Source: Hydrurus foetidus (taxonomy: Eukaryota). From it: a stretch of DNA of 51,418 bases. Position 1 is the stretch's first letter; each line of letters starts with the position of its first letter. Position numbers and translations under genes: made by a program. Of this stretch, positions 26,201 through 37,797 are shown piece by piece. Where the stretch lies: contig UYFQ01000073.1 in the NCBI GenBank assembly GCA_900617105.1, forward strand, positions 1 through 51,418. The letters are read 5' to 3'. The notes beneath the pieces were generated by a model. It searched no databases. It had not been told where the DNA came from and saw only the letters and a program-made list of their open reading frames with translations.

Positions 26201-29200
26201 CCGACCGGTCTAAAGGAAGGGGGGTGGATATGAGTTGTGGTCAGATGTGATGTCGTGTATTTGTGCAGTGTGATGAGATAAGATTAGATGTGATGCGATG
26301 AAAAACGATACAATAAAAAGTGATTCATCCTAACACATTTCACTGACGAGAAACCACACCACATAGAAGAACGTCTAATCATAGAAAAAGGAAAAAGTAA
26401 GATAACATCAGATAAAATGAAATGGCATCGACTCACTTTTTCATCTGCGACAACTAAACTCTCTCCTATACTTCCATTCCCATCCTCACTCTCACCACTC
26501 TCTCCACTATCATTATCATTATCATTCTTTTTTCTGTTTTTATCATCATAATAATTGATTTTTATTTTGTCAAATTTTCCATCCTCAACTTTTTCTATCA
26601 AATTTTCATTCATTTTCACAATTTCATTCTTCTTTGTATCCACTTTCATTTTCATTTTCATATTCGTTTTTATTTTCGTGTCCGTATTCATGTCAAGTGA
26701 AATGTCGCTCGATAGAACGGACGCGTGTTCGAGCCGTACGTCTTTGAATAATTGACTCGCTGATATCGAACTAACAATACCGTTTTGGTCGATAATCAGT
26801 AAAGCGGATTCCGTATTTTTATTTTTTAGTGAGTTCAGGACGAGTTCTTTGTTCAATTCTAGTCGGTCAATCTGTTGAAAGCGGAGATGGTTTGGAGAGG
26901 CGAATAGACCAGGGTGAAAAAGTGACGAATGGTGTGGTGTGGTGTGGTATGGTATGGTATGGTATGGTATGGTATGGTATGGTATGGTATGGTATGGTAT
27001 GGTATGGTGTAGTATTTAAACTATGTAAACTGAAGTGAAGTGAATGACAAAGAATTTTTTTATTTCAAAAGTAATTACGAATAGAAAAATAAACTTCAAA
27101 ATTCTGAGCTCGCACAGAATCTAATAAAATGGAATGCCTTTAATACTTTCCGTGTTTACCTGTATATCTGTAGCTGGTTTAAGTTTTCCCTCTTTATCTG
27201 TGCTGATAATAGATGCTGAACAGGAAGAGTGTGGAGAGAAATACAGAATACAGAATTTGAGTGAGTAATGTGTGCGTCATATTCTTGGATAAAGATACAG
27301 GCAGTAATTACGATAGGAATCATTCATGAATTAATTCAGAATGCAACTAGTCATAGTATGGAGTAGTCGTGAAAAGTGCCCTTCACGGAGAAAAGTGATA
27401 TAGCAACGGAACAGCGCTGCAAAGCAAGAGATGCAGCTACTTGGTGTAAATTAGATTAGTAAAAATAATGAAGTTCGTATAATGAGGAAAATGCAGTTGA
27501 AGCAAATGAAACGAAAGGAACAAGACAGGCGAGTAAAGTAGAGTGGAGTGCAGTAGAACGATTAGTAGAGCTGAGGTAAAGCAGATGGACTGACCGGATC
27601 GCATGGAGGGGATTATAACGGATGTAGCCGCAATGTGCAGGTCCTCCATCACACCGCCAACTATCTTTGCGTTCGCCAGGACTGCATTGCTATCAGAGAG
27701 GAGGAAAAGGATAAGGAGAAGGAGAAGGAGAGAAGCGAGGAGAGAGAGTAAGAGGGAGGTAAGGATGGAGGGAATGAAGGAGAGAAGGAAGGATAAAGCG
27801 ATGAAAGGAGTAAATAATATTAAGCAGAAAATTATTGAAGTTGAAGTCGAAGTTGAAGTTGTGCTGTGTTTAACGTACGTCAGTTTGAAGCCTTTGACAT
27901 CCATATCTCCCCCCAACTCCCCCGCCACTATGCAGGGTGTACGGAGTATACCGGAAACCTTAGGCCGATTGACTCCGTTTAGTAGGGGTGTGACGGTGTA
28001 TGTGAGGGAGGGAGAGTCAAGTACAGTCCCGCCTATTCCGGTATACGGTATCCTCCCTTCAGTTAGCCGGTGAGACCGGAGTCTTCCAGCTGAAAACGTG
28101 AAGTCCCCTATGTCAATATCGTTTGCAGCACGGAACTCTCGTACTCCACGTAACTCCTGTGTAAGCGAGTGAGTGAGTGAGTGAGTGAGTGAGTGAGTGA
28201 GTGAGTGAGTGAGTGAGTGAGTGAGTGAGTGAGTGAGTGAGTGAGTGAGTGAGTGAGTGAGTGAGTGAGTGAGTGAGTGAGTGAGTGAGTGAGTGAGTGA
28301 GCGAGTGAGTGTGCGTGTAAGAGAGCGAGTGTAGATGTTTGTGTATATTGAACTTTAAATAATGATGTTTCTGTATTTAAGACATCATTAATGCTCACGT
28401 ATGTGTGTACATACACACACGTATGTGTGTACATACACACACGTATGTGTGTGTAGCGCATTCGCCCGAGTACGCACGAATGCTGATGTACGTACTTGTA
28501 TTGGTGTTCTGAGAGCTTGAACGTCGACCCAACTGATGGATAAATAGAGAGAGAGATGAGGGAGCAAAGCGACAGAATGTTGAGAAATAGAGTGAAGAGA
28601 GAGATTTAGGGGAGTGTGTATAGCACACTAATTTATAGTGTAAAATATAAAATCAGAAGTAAAGTCACCTTTTGACTTCACTCCTTACATCTCTTTCTCA
28701 TCCCCCCTCCCGCACCCCATCATCCTTCCTCTCCCTTCTCTCCCACCCCCATCCTTATCTTCATCCATTCTCACCTTTCTCTTCCCCTCTATTTTCCCCT
28801 CACCATTTCTCTACTCTTGTTGCTCCTCTCCTCTCCCAGTAGCACAGAGCTGTTAGAGGGGATCCCCAAGCTGCCCACTCTAACCGTGTGCAAATCTTTA
28901 TTCTGAAGCAGAAGAATTTTACCGGAATGGATCTTTGATCCGTCTATTCCATCCTAGAATTGACAATATTGAAGCGGCTGATTAATCATTCGCAGAATGA
29001 AGGAGATGTTTATGGTAAGAGGAATGTGACGAAAGTCAGATATCATGGAGATTAAATGTGCGCTCATATTGCAGTAAGTACAATGACGCCCAGCACCACA
29101 TCACTATACCACATGACATCACATGGCATCAAATGATATCGCACCACACCACACCACACCACACCACATTACACTACATTACATTACACTACACTACACT

Positions 29201-32200
29201 ACACTACACTGCACTACACTACACTACACTACACTACACTACACTACACTACACTACACTACACTACACTACACTACACTACACTACACTGCACTACACT
29301 TACACTACATTACACTACACTACACTCCACTCCACTACACTACACTGCACTGCACTGCACTACATTACACTACACTACACTACACTACACTGCACTAGAC
29401 TAGACTAGACTAGACTAGACTAGACTAGACTAGACTAGACTACACTACACCTCACTACACTATTCGACATTACATTATATTACACTACACTACACTAACT
29501 CACCTCGAAGACCAATTCGTTTCTCAGCTTTTCTCCATCGTCTTCGACCACAACAAAGGAAGAGGAGTGGGCGGGTATCTCGATCTTACGGCCAGCTTTT
29601 ACTGTATGCCGGTTAAGAGACAATCCGCCCTGGAGGGATGTCTGCAATTGGTATGAGAGTCGTTGAATTTATTGCATGGGAAAAGAATGAGAAAGTCATC
29701 AATATGACGCTGTGGAGGAGCATTGTGTGAAATTGTACTTTACTGTAATATCACACAGTCATACCTTGTTTTGTTACTTAGCGATTTCGTGAAATCATAT
29801 GGTACCATCGTAGTAGTGAGTCAACTTACTAATCAGTCATATTGTGTGCTTACATGCGTTGTGTGTTGCATCGTCTCATGCCATATCAAACCAGACGTTA
29901 CCTTCAGATCCATTTTTACGATATCACGTTTGAATATATCACATCTCATTACATCATACCGTACCATACCATGTACTCATGAACAAACCAAATAGCTTAT
30001 TGTAATACCAAAGCAGAATAAAATGTCCGCTTTTCGTGCCCAAAACTCAAACACCTCGGGTCACGTTCAAATCACCCCACACCACACTAAAAAAGCAAAA
30101 TATCTGGGGAACCTTCCTCTTTTTGATTTTTAGTATGGTGTGGGATCAGTTTTTGACAATTCCACACACACGTTTGAGTTGGATTTTGGGCATGAAAAGC
30201 GGACATTTTATTCTGCTTTGGTAATATACTGCACCACTAACAAATATCAGTGCAAGAATACGTACGTGTTTCTGTACGTACAGCCCGTCCCCCCCTAAAA
30301 GTACCGCCCCCCCAACCGACCGGAAGGTCCCATCCCCGGTTATATCCACCACTATCTCCCCTGGGGGAAAAAGGGAAAAATAGAAAAGGAAAAGAATGAG
30401 ATGAGTTGAGATAGAACAGAATGGGATAGCAGAGGAGAGGAAAGCGAGGGAAGGGTGAAGCAGGCTAGCATGGGATAAGATGAAATATAATAAAATAAAA
30501 TGAAAGAGGATAGGGTGGGAAGGAGCAAGATGGCATTCAGTTGAACACAATGGAGTAGAGTGGAACAGATAAGAATAGTATGTTATAGTATATACTATAA
30601 GATTTGGTGAGATAGGACAAGGTTGAATAAGGTAAGTGTAGGTGTGATGAGATGTGGGGGAGGAGAGGAGTGGAGGTATGCAATAAGGTTGAAAAGGGAC
30701 ATAACAAAAAGCACTGAGAAACAGCAAATAAATCCTGCATTAATAGGAAATGAATATTTCCTTCAGAATTAATTGAACCAATTAGCCGTGTTGCGGCCAA
30801 TTATACCGGACATCTCACCCTTTTCGTCTCCTGTTCCTTCAATTTCTTGTTTTTCTTGTTTTTTTCGTTTTTCACTTTCCATATCATCTTCGTTTTTTTC
30901 ACTTTTTTGACCCCTTGTGCTTCTCCTTGCTGTGAAATACGAAAATTGGCTGCTCTCCGTGTTTACCCGTAGACTGATGACGGATCCGGTAAAATGTCCT
31001 GAATCACTATTAAAAAATAAATTATTTATTTGGCATGGCAATAACGCATTTATAAAGTACGACAATAACACAAAAATTGCAGACAAAAATCATCGCGAAA
31101 AACGCAAGACGAATTAAGACGTAAAAAATTGCGAAATAAAAGTGATCAAGTTTCCGTGAAATACCTGGCGAGACTTAATAACGGTTTTGCGTAATTGGTA
31201 CTGCGAGAAAATGCGGATAAAGTTCCGCACTCAAAATCACTGAAATAAAAATAGTTGTAAAGTATGTGTTTGTGTAAGTACAGTACATGAGGATGGGAAG
31301 CGATTGGTAATTGGCGGTAGACTGAAGCTGATGATATTGACTAATATTTACGTAGTGTATACATAGCAATTAAACAATGGGTAGGGCGATACAGCGCAAA
31401 GAAACAAAGTGTGTGAGCAAGAAAAAAAAATGAAGATAGAGATGATAAGAAAGAGGTAGAGAAAGATGAAGAATTCAAAAATTGTTGACCAATTTACGGG
31501 AGTATGGAAAAATGAAATTCAAAAAACAGAATAAGAAAAAGGAGACTGCGAGCGTGCAAGCAAAGAAAAAAACAGATCGAAAATACTGTAAGTAAGATTT
31601 TAGTTTCAATATGATTTGTTAACAATTGAAATGCAATGTCATTTAGGATGTGAGTAATAAAATGATGACGAACCGATTTGTCATATTTAGTGTTCCGCTC
31701 TCGAGAGTTAGTCCGCCTTTCACTGACAGACCACCTGCTAATATCTGATTGAGGGAAAGTAGAAAGTAGGTAAGAAATAGCATACAAAAACGAACACGCA
31801 ATCCCTCCCTCCCTCCCTCCCTCCCTTCCTCCCTTCCTCCCTCCCTCCCTCCCTCTCTCTTACCCTCCCTCCCTCTCACCCTCCCTCCCTCCCTCCCTCC
31901 CTCCCTCCCTCCCTCATTCACACAAGTCACACACATTCACGCACACTGACACATGCATTCACAAGAACGCACGTACAGTACTTCGTATGATTACCTTGAC
32001 TCCCCCAGCATTCACCACTATTCCTCCCGAGCTCATTTTCATGCCCTGGGGAGAAAGGAAAAGTTAAGTAAATTAGATGCAGATTCAGATATGTCTATAG
32101 TATCAGATTTTGTTATTAGAAGAGTGCAGTGGAGGAGAGCAGAAAAAAGAAATAAAAGAGACAAATTGTCCGATGGCCAAACAAACAGGAAAAAAAGCAA

Positions 32201-35200
32201 ACACACACACGTAAAGAATCAATCATAGATATGAAGAAAAAAGAATAGATGTGAAAAGAGAAATAATCAATAAAGATATAGTCCGTGTAAAGATGACGTA
32301 GTAAAATTGCCATAATAGTGGTGATAAGTGCAATAAAATGTGAAAAAAAAGAGGTTAGAAGTTAGAGTTGTACAAAAACTTGTCCGATCAAAATAATAAT
32401 AAAATCAACAAAATACCACTTAACAAAAAAGAAAAACTCAGCTTCTTGAAAATAGGAAAAAAGTTAAGATACAATTAATGACGTACTTTAATGTCCATCT
32501 GTCCGTCACTGTGTATTTCAAAAGTAGTTACTCCACCTACAACAGCCTTGATCAAACTAGCGCTACCTCTTTCTCTACCTCTATTGTTGTTACTAGTGCT
32601 GTTGTCGGAGTTGAACGTACTGTCCGTACGAAGCAATATCATCGATCCTAAGAAGTAACAGAAAGGTAATAATGATATTAAAATGATGATAATTATGTCG
32701 ATAAAAATGATGGCAGTAAAGATGACGATGATTGCAAAGCACTAGGATGTTGCTGAAAGGTACACTACAGCACACAGTAGTTGTAACGTTGAGCTGCAGG
32801 TGACCTTCGCGACAGAAATCAAATAACAGTGCAACATAGTGATCAGATCACTACATATCAAAATCACTACCTTCCTCATCTACACCAAAGTCTCCCTCTC
32901 CCTCTCCTTTTCTTCCTCTTCGTCTCTGTGTTTCATCCTGCGATTGCTCTACGGTTGAGAGGGAAAGAAGGGGCCTAAACCCGTTCCGGCCTACCACACT
33001 AACACCCCCACCCTCGATATCGCACACACTACCGGATGACCCTCCTATCGTAACGCCTTCTATGACATTCAGTCTACCAGCAACTTTCAGTTTCCCTTTA
33101 ACCGCTACCCCCCTGTCTATTCCGACATCACCGGTTAACGGTATCCGGAATGTCCCGTTGGATACGGTAAGAGATCCGGTTGACTTAACATCGCCTTGTG
33201 ACGACACAGAGAACACTTGAGAGTTGTCTGTATAGGCTGATATGTGCATTCTTCCATTCTCATTACGATATCTATTCTCCTCCTCTATCTCCTTCATTTC
33301 TTCTTCTTCTCTCTCGTCAATATTTGTGGCACCACTTTCTCTGCCTTCTCTTCTCTTTCCCTTCCATCCTCCCCTTCTTCTCTCTTCTTCAGTTTCTAGT
33401 TTTCTCTTTCTCACTCTGTCTTCCTCTCCCTCTATCCAGCTCGCTAACTTAAGATCAGAGAAAATAAAGAGAAGGAAAGGGGATTCAAGGAGTGATAGGA
33501 AAAAACATTGGACAGAAAAGAGCACAGAAAAAGCTTTCTTACATTTGCGTTTTCATCTTCGAACACTTGCGTGTCCACAGATTTGGTACCAATGTCAACG
33601 TGTCCTAGATATTTGGTATCAATTTGAAATAAAAAATGAATATGCAAATAAAAATACATTTTGGGTATGAGCTAGAAATAGAAAGAGCTGGAAAGGGAAG
33701 GAATCCATAGAGAAGCGAAAGAGAGACAAAAACGGTGAAGTGGAGATCTAAAGAAATAGGTAGAGTAAGTAATAGCGAGTGTCTAACTTATTCAGTAAGA
33801 TTGAGTGCGGATGTGAGGGTGAGGGACATACAGCAGGGAAGACAATCAGTGGCGAATATAGAAGCCCTCTAATAAGCGAGGTACTGACATAACTGGCATG
33901 TGATAAGACAGAATAATAAGAAAAGAAGTGAACCCGGACATAACCTTCCACTCTCCTTCCCTCCCTCTTATCCCTCGCTCCCTTCCTCCCTCCCACTCCC
34001 TCCTTTCCTCCCTCTTATCTCCCAATATGTCATGATCCTTCCCACCCTAATTTCCACTCCTTCCCCCTCTTGCACTTACCCAGTATCCGCGCTTCTCCAC
34101 TGTGCAGTACTGCTCCGTCTCCTCTAAGGCTGAACACAGGACGATCGCTATTCAACTAAAAGCGATGAAAGAAATAAGCGCAGTAAAGGAATTAAAAAAA
34201 GAGGGTAAAAAGTATGTTAGTAGTATCAGTATACAATCTAATCATATGATAAGATAAGATGAGATATGGCGCATTATATCATATCACATGGCACCTCACA
34301 CATACGCGTCTCCATACCACACTACACTATACTACACTACACTACACTACACTACACTACACTACACTACACTACACTACACTACACTACACTACACTAC
34401 ACTACACTACACCACACTATACCACATCACACTACACTATACTACATCACACCACACTCCTTTGCACTGCACCACATGCACATGACATGGCAAGACATCA
34501 TTCACTTGACAACCACACTAACCTGCAGTAATTTGAAATCCACTGAAGGATTTCTGTGCGCTGTGACTGAGGGAACCGATCCCGTGAAGTACGGACCATC
34601 GTGTGTGTTTGCCATGATATCCTAGAGGGATGGGAGAGATGGTGGGAGAGGGAGGGAGAGAGAGAATGATGGAGGGTTTCAACTTGTGTTTAAGAACTCT
34701 CATGGTTCATTTTTTGAATACTTGTTCGGTATATTTAATGCGATAGTAGTTATGATCACTTGATCAGTCAGTCAGTCAGTCAGTGTACGAGTCAGTGAGT
34801 CAGTCAATCAGTGTACGAGTCAGTGAGTCAGTCAGTCAGTCAGTCAGTATACGAGTCAGTCACTCAGTCGGTGAATCAATCAGTTAGTCAGTCAGTCAGT
34901 GAGTGAGTCAGTCAGAATCAGTGTGTGAGTGAGTGAGTCAGAGTCATCGTCAGTCAGTGTGAGTCAGTCAGTCAGTCAATCAGTCAGTCAGTCAGTCAGT
35001 CAGTCAGTCAGTCAGTCAGTCAGTCAGTCAGTCAGTCAGTCAGTCAGTCAGTCAGTCAGTCAGTCAGTCAGTCAGTCAGTCAGTCAACAGTCAGTCAGTC
35101 AGTCAGTCAGTCAGTCAGTCAGTCAGTCAGTCAGTCAGTCAGTCAGTCAGTCAGTGTACGAGTCAGTCAGTCAGTCAGTGAGTCAGTGAGTGAGTGAGTG

Positions 35201-37255
35201 AGTGAGTGAGTGAGTCAGTCATTGTACGAGTTAGTGAGTCAGTGAGTGAGTGAGTCAGTGAGTCAGTGAGTCAGTGAGTCAGTGAGTGAGTGAGTGAGTC
35301 AGTCAGTCAGTCAGTGGAGAATTTTTTACACCTTGTCGTCAGTGATGTCGTCACAAGCTGCCCCCTTGAACCCTAAGTGGCACATACACTCTCCCTTGAT
35401 TTTGAGGCACTCTCCATGTCCCCCACACTCCAAATACCCTAAGGTGCAGTGCGGTGTAGTGAAGTGCAGTGTAGTGTAGTGTAGTATAGTATAGTGGAGT
35501 GTTTTGTGGTGTAGTGGAGTGTGATACAATGTAGCATAGCGTAAAATAGTTAAGATTAGTGTGTAAGATGGAGCATCATATCTTATTCAGTATCATCATG
35601 TGATGCAATGCAGTGCATCACAGTAGAAACAAAATGACACTGCAAAATAATCAACACACATAAGAATCTGATGCTAAATACGTACGTACTTACTTGGTAC
35701 GTTATCAGAAACGACATCTTCAAATACGCACTTCACTCCTTCCACTACATCGCTGTCCACCAAGGTAGTGTTGCATTGAAACATCGAAATATTTGGATTG
35801 CCCGTGTGTTGCACAATATTGTTCATATACGGTTTCAAAGGATATTTCTGTATACTAAAAAGAAATGACCCTGTACCAGATTCCTGATTTATATTTTCAG
35901 TTTTGCAATTTACTGTTTCTGTACTCTTCCACCCTTTTAATATTTCAGTGCATGTATGATCGGACAGCTTGGTCGTGTTAGCCGGGAAAGATACAGTCGA
36001 CCCTACGGTATACATAGGGGAGTCTTCTAAATAAGTGCGGCATTAACAGTCTGGAGAAAACGTGTACAGACATCCTCTCTTAAGTGCGTATACACAGACA
36101 AATTAATATTCCCTCTCTCATGTACACATCCTTTCTCCCTCAACTTTTCTATGAATCTCTCACTGACTCACTGACTGACTCACTCATTCACCACCTCACT
36201 CACTCTGTGTCTGACTGTCTCACCCACTCAGCCACACCCTTTCGCCACACTTGCACACACACACACTCTCATGCACCTGCAAAAGTGACCCCTAATGTCC
36301 CACTCATGATCCCTTTTTCCACCGACGTGACGAGTCTCACAGTACGCCTTAATGGGGTGGAATCTAGATCCAAGATCTCGAAAGCTGCAGGACACACCTC
36401 TACAGTAATTGATCGGAAATGGCCGTCGTTAATTTACCGTTATGCGGGTATGGTAGTAATGAATGTATATTAGGTGAGTGGTGATACGTATGAATTCAGG
36501 GAGGAGTATCCTGAGTAATAGCAAGTAAAGTTTGCTATATAATACAGCGAATTGGTGATATACGAGTGTGTATTGTAAGAGAGATTCGTGATGAACATGT
36601 GATAAAAAGATAAAATGCGAATCGGTAATAGGTGTGATAGCGATATCACAAACGATGTAAAATCAATAAGAGGAGAAGCAAAGATTGAGACAAAGATTTC
36701 TACTTCTAAGAAGCAGTTCCCACAAATATGTTTCAAAACATGGTACAAAATGCGTTCACATCTAATAAGTCGTGAATGGTACACAGGAAGACAAAAATCA
36801 TCATTACTATCGCTAGTGGTTTGACAAAAGTCGCATCATGTCATACTTTGAGAACAATCGTCTCCAGTGACTCCCATGAAACATTCGCAGAAGCCTCCTT
36901 CTTGAGGTCTTGCACAGATTCCTCTCTTATTGCACCAATTCGGACATCTGTACGCGAAACGAAATCAGTGTAGCCAAGGATCTCATTAGAAGCTGATGAC
37001 AATTACGACGGAGTGCCTGCTGGAATGTGTGGTTCTTGCTGAATCAAAAGCTGATTGATCGTCATGGTGATACATTGCGCAACAGGTGGTCACTGTTTTT
37101 CAGTTTGACTGATTTGCAAATTGCAGACTGATTGAAGCATATCAACAGTATTCCTCTTTAAGATTCTATTCAGGAAGGACTTACTCCGCAGAAATCTTCA
37201 GGGACCAGATGAACAGCGCGCAAAGCTGGATACATCGACTGCTACTTGTTGACAT
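23292..37255 (-). CDS. Secreted EGF-like / tail-fibre-like repeat protein with C-terminal Peptidase_S74 intramolecular chaperone (ICA) domain; about 27 exons, about 1,300 aa
   Basis: Exon 1 (37255-37185) encodes the signal peptide MSTSSSRCIQLCALFIWSLKISAE. EGF-like modules: CPNWCNKRGICARPQEGGFCECFMGVTGDDCSQKVCP (36947-36847 plus the next exon) and YLECGGHGECLKIKGECMCHLGFKGAAC (35438-35332). Gly-rich beta-strand repeats follow. The S74 domain reads GSGPYMDSSDRRFKYDIEPL...LDVVNKLSG (24850-24717), VSYLF...QVGWIADEVRNVAPQL (24187-24083) and VEEDAEGYSAVFYSKASVLIASAVKQL plus a coiled coil and TGA (23452-23292). Almost all junctions are GT-AG and phase-compatible; one near 28836 is doubtful. Confidence 0.85.
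25057..25880. repeat. (ATTCC/ATTCA)n and long (GACAA)n microsatellites in S74-gene introns
   Basis: Pentamer runs at 25057-25183 and 25579-25880, with a coding exon (25260-25209) between them. Confidence 0.92.
28167..28310. repeat. (GAGT)n microsatellite
   Basis: Tetramer run in an S74-gene intron. Confidence 0.95.
29143..29500. repeat. (CACTA)n/(GACTA)n compound microsatellite
   Basis: Pentamer run that switches unit by single substitutions. Confidence 0.92.
30008..30221. mobile_element. MITE (214 bp, probably Tc1/mariner-type) in an intron of the S74 gene
   Basis: 38-bp terminal inverted repeats CCAAAGCAGAATAAAATGTCCGCTTTTCRTGCCCAAAA with one mismatch, flanked by TA on both sides (30006-7 and 30222-3). 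Extra internal inverted segments; no coding capacity. Confidence 0.85.
34313..35315. repeat. (CACTA)n (34313-34455) and (CAGT/GAGT)n (34763-35315) microsatellites
   Basis: Tandem runs in introns on either side of exon 34621-34523. Confidence 0.92.
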
Positions 37256-37797
37256 CGCGACACTACCTATAAGTTCTCAGGAAGTTTCAAAATTCCCGAA
37301 AATTTCACGCAAAACCGACGCTAAGACGAAATCAATTGATTACGTTGCAGATCTACACCTTGCTAGCCATGAAATATGCCACATAGAGCGGATATGAACC
37401 TACCAGCTGTGCTGCATGGTGATCGAAACTCAAATACTGAAGAGACTGTAGACTGAATGTAATAGAACTCCCAACATTGTCCTCTGTCCGTCACATACAT
37501 GTCCATCGTGAATGTCGATGTGCTACACTTTCATTTGACATCATTCACCATCAATTTGGTACTGTTTGGCAACTTTGCATGTTGCTGCAATGAAGCAGCT
37601 GATACCTGCAGAATCTTCTCCGTTTTAGTCGCTTTGGTCGCTTCGAAAATCAGCGATATCATTGAAGTGAACGGAAAGACGCACCTAAGCATCCTCAAAG
37701 CAAAGCTAATCCAAATCTACGCCATCGGAATTGACAAGCACGCACATTCTCAGAACCTCTGAAACTATTTGCTTCAGCAAAACACCTTGTACCAGAT

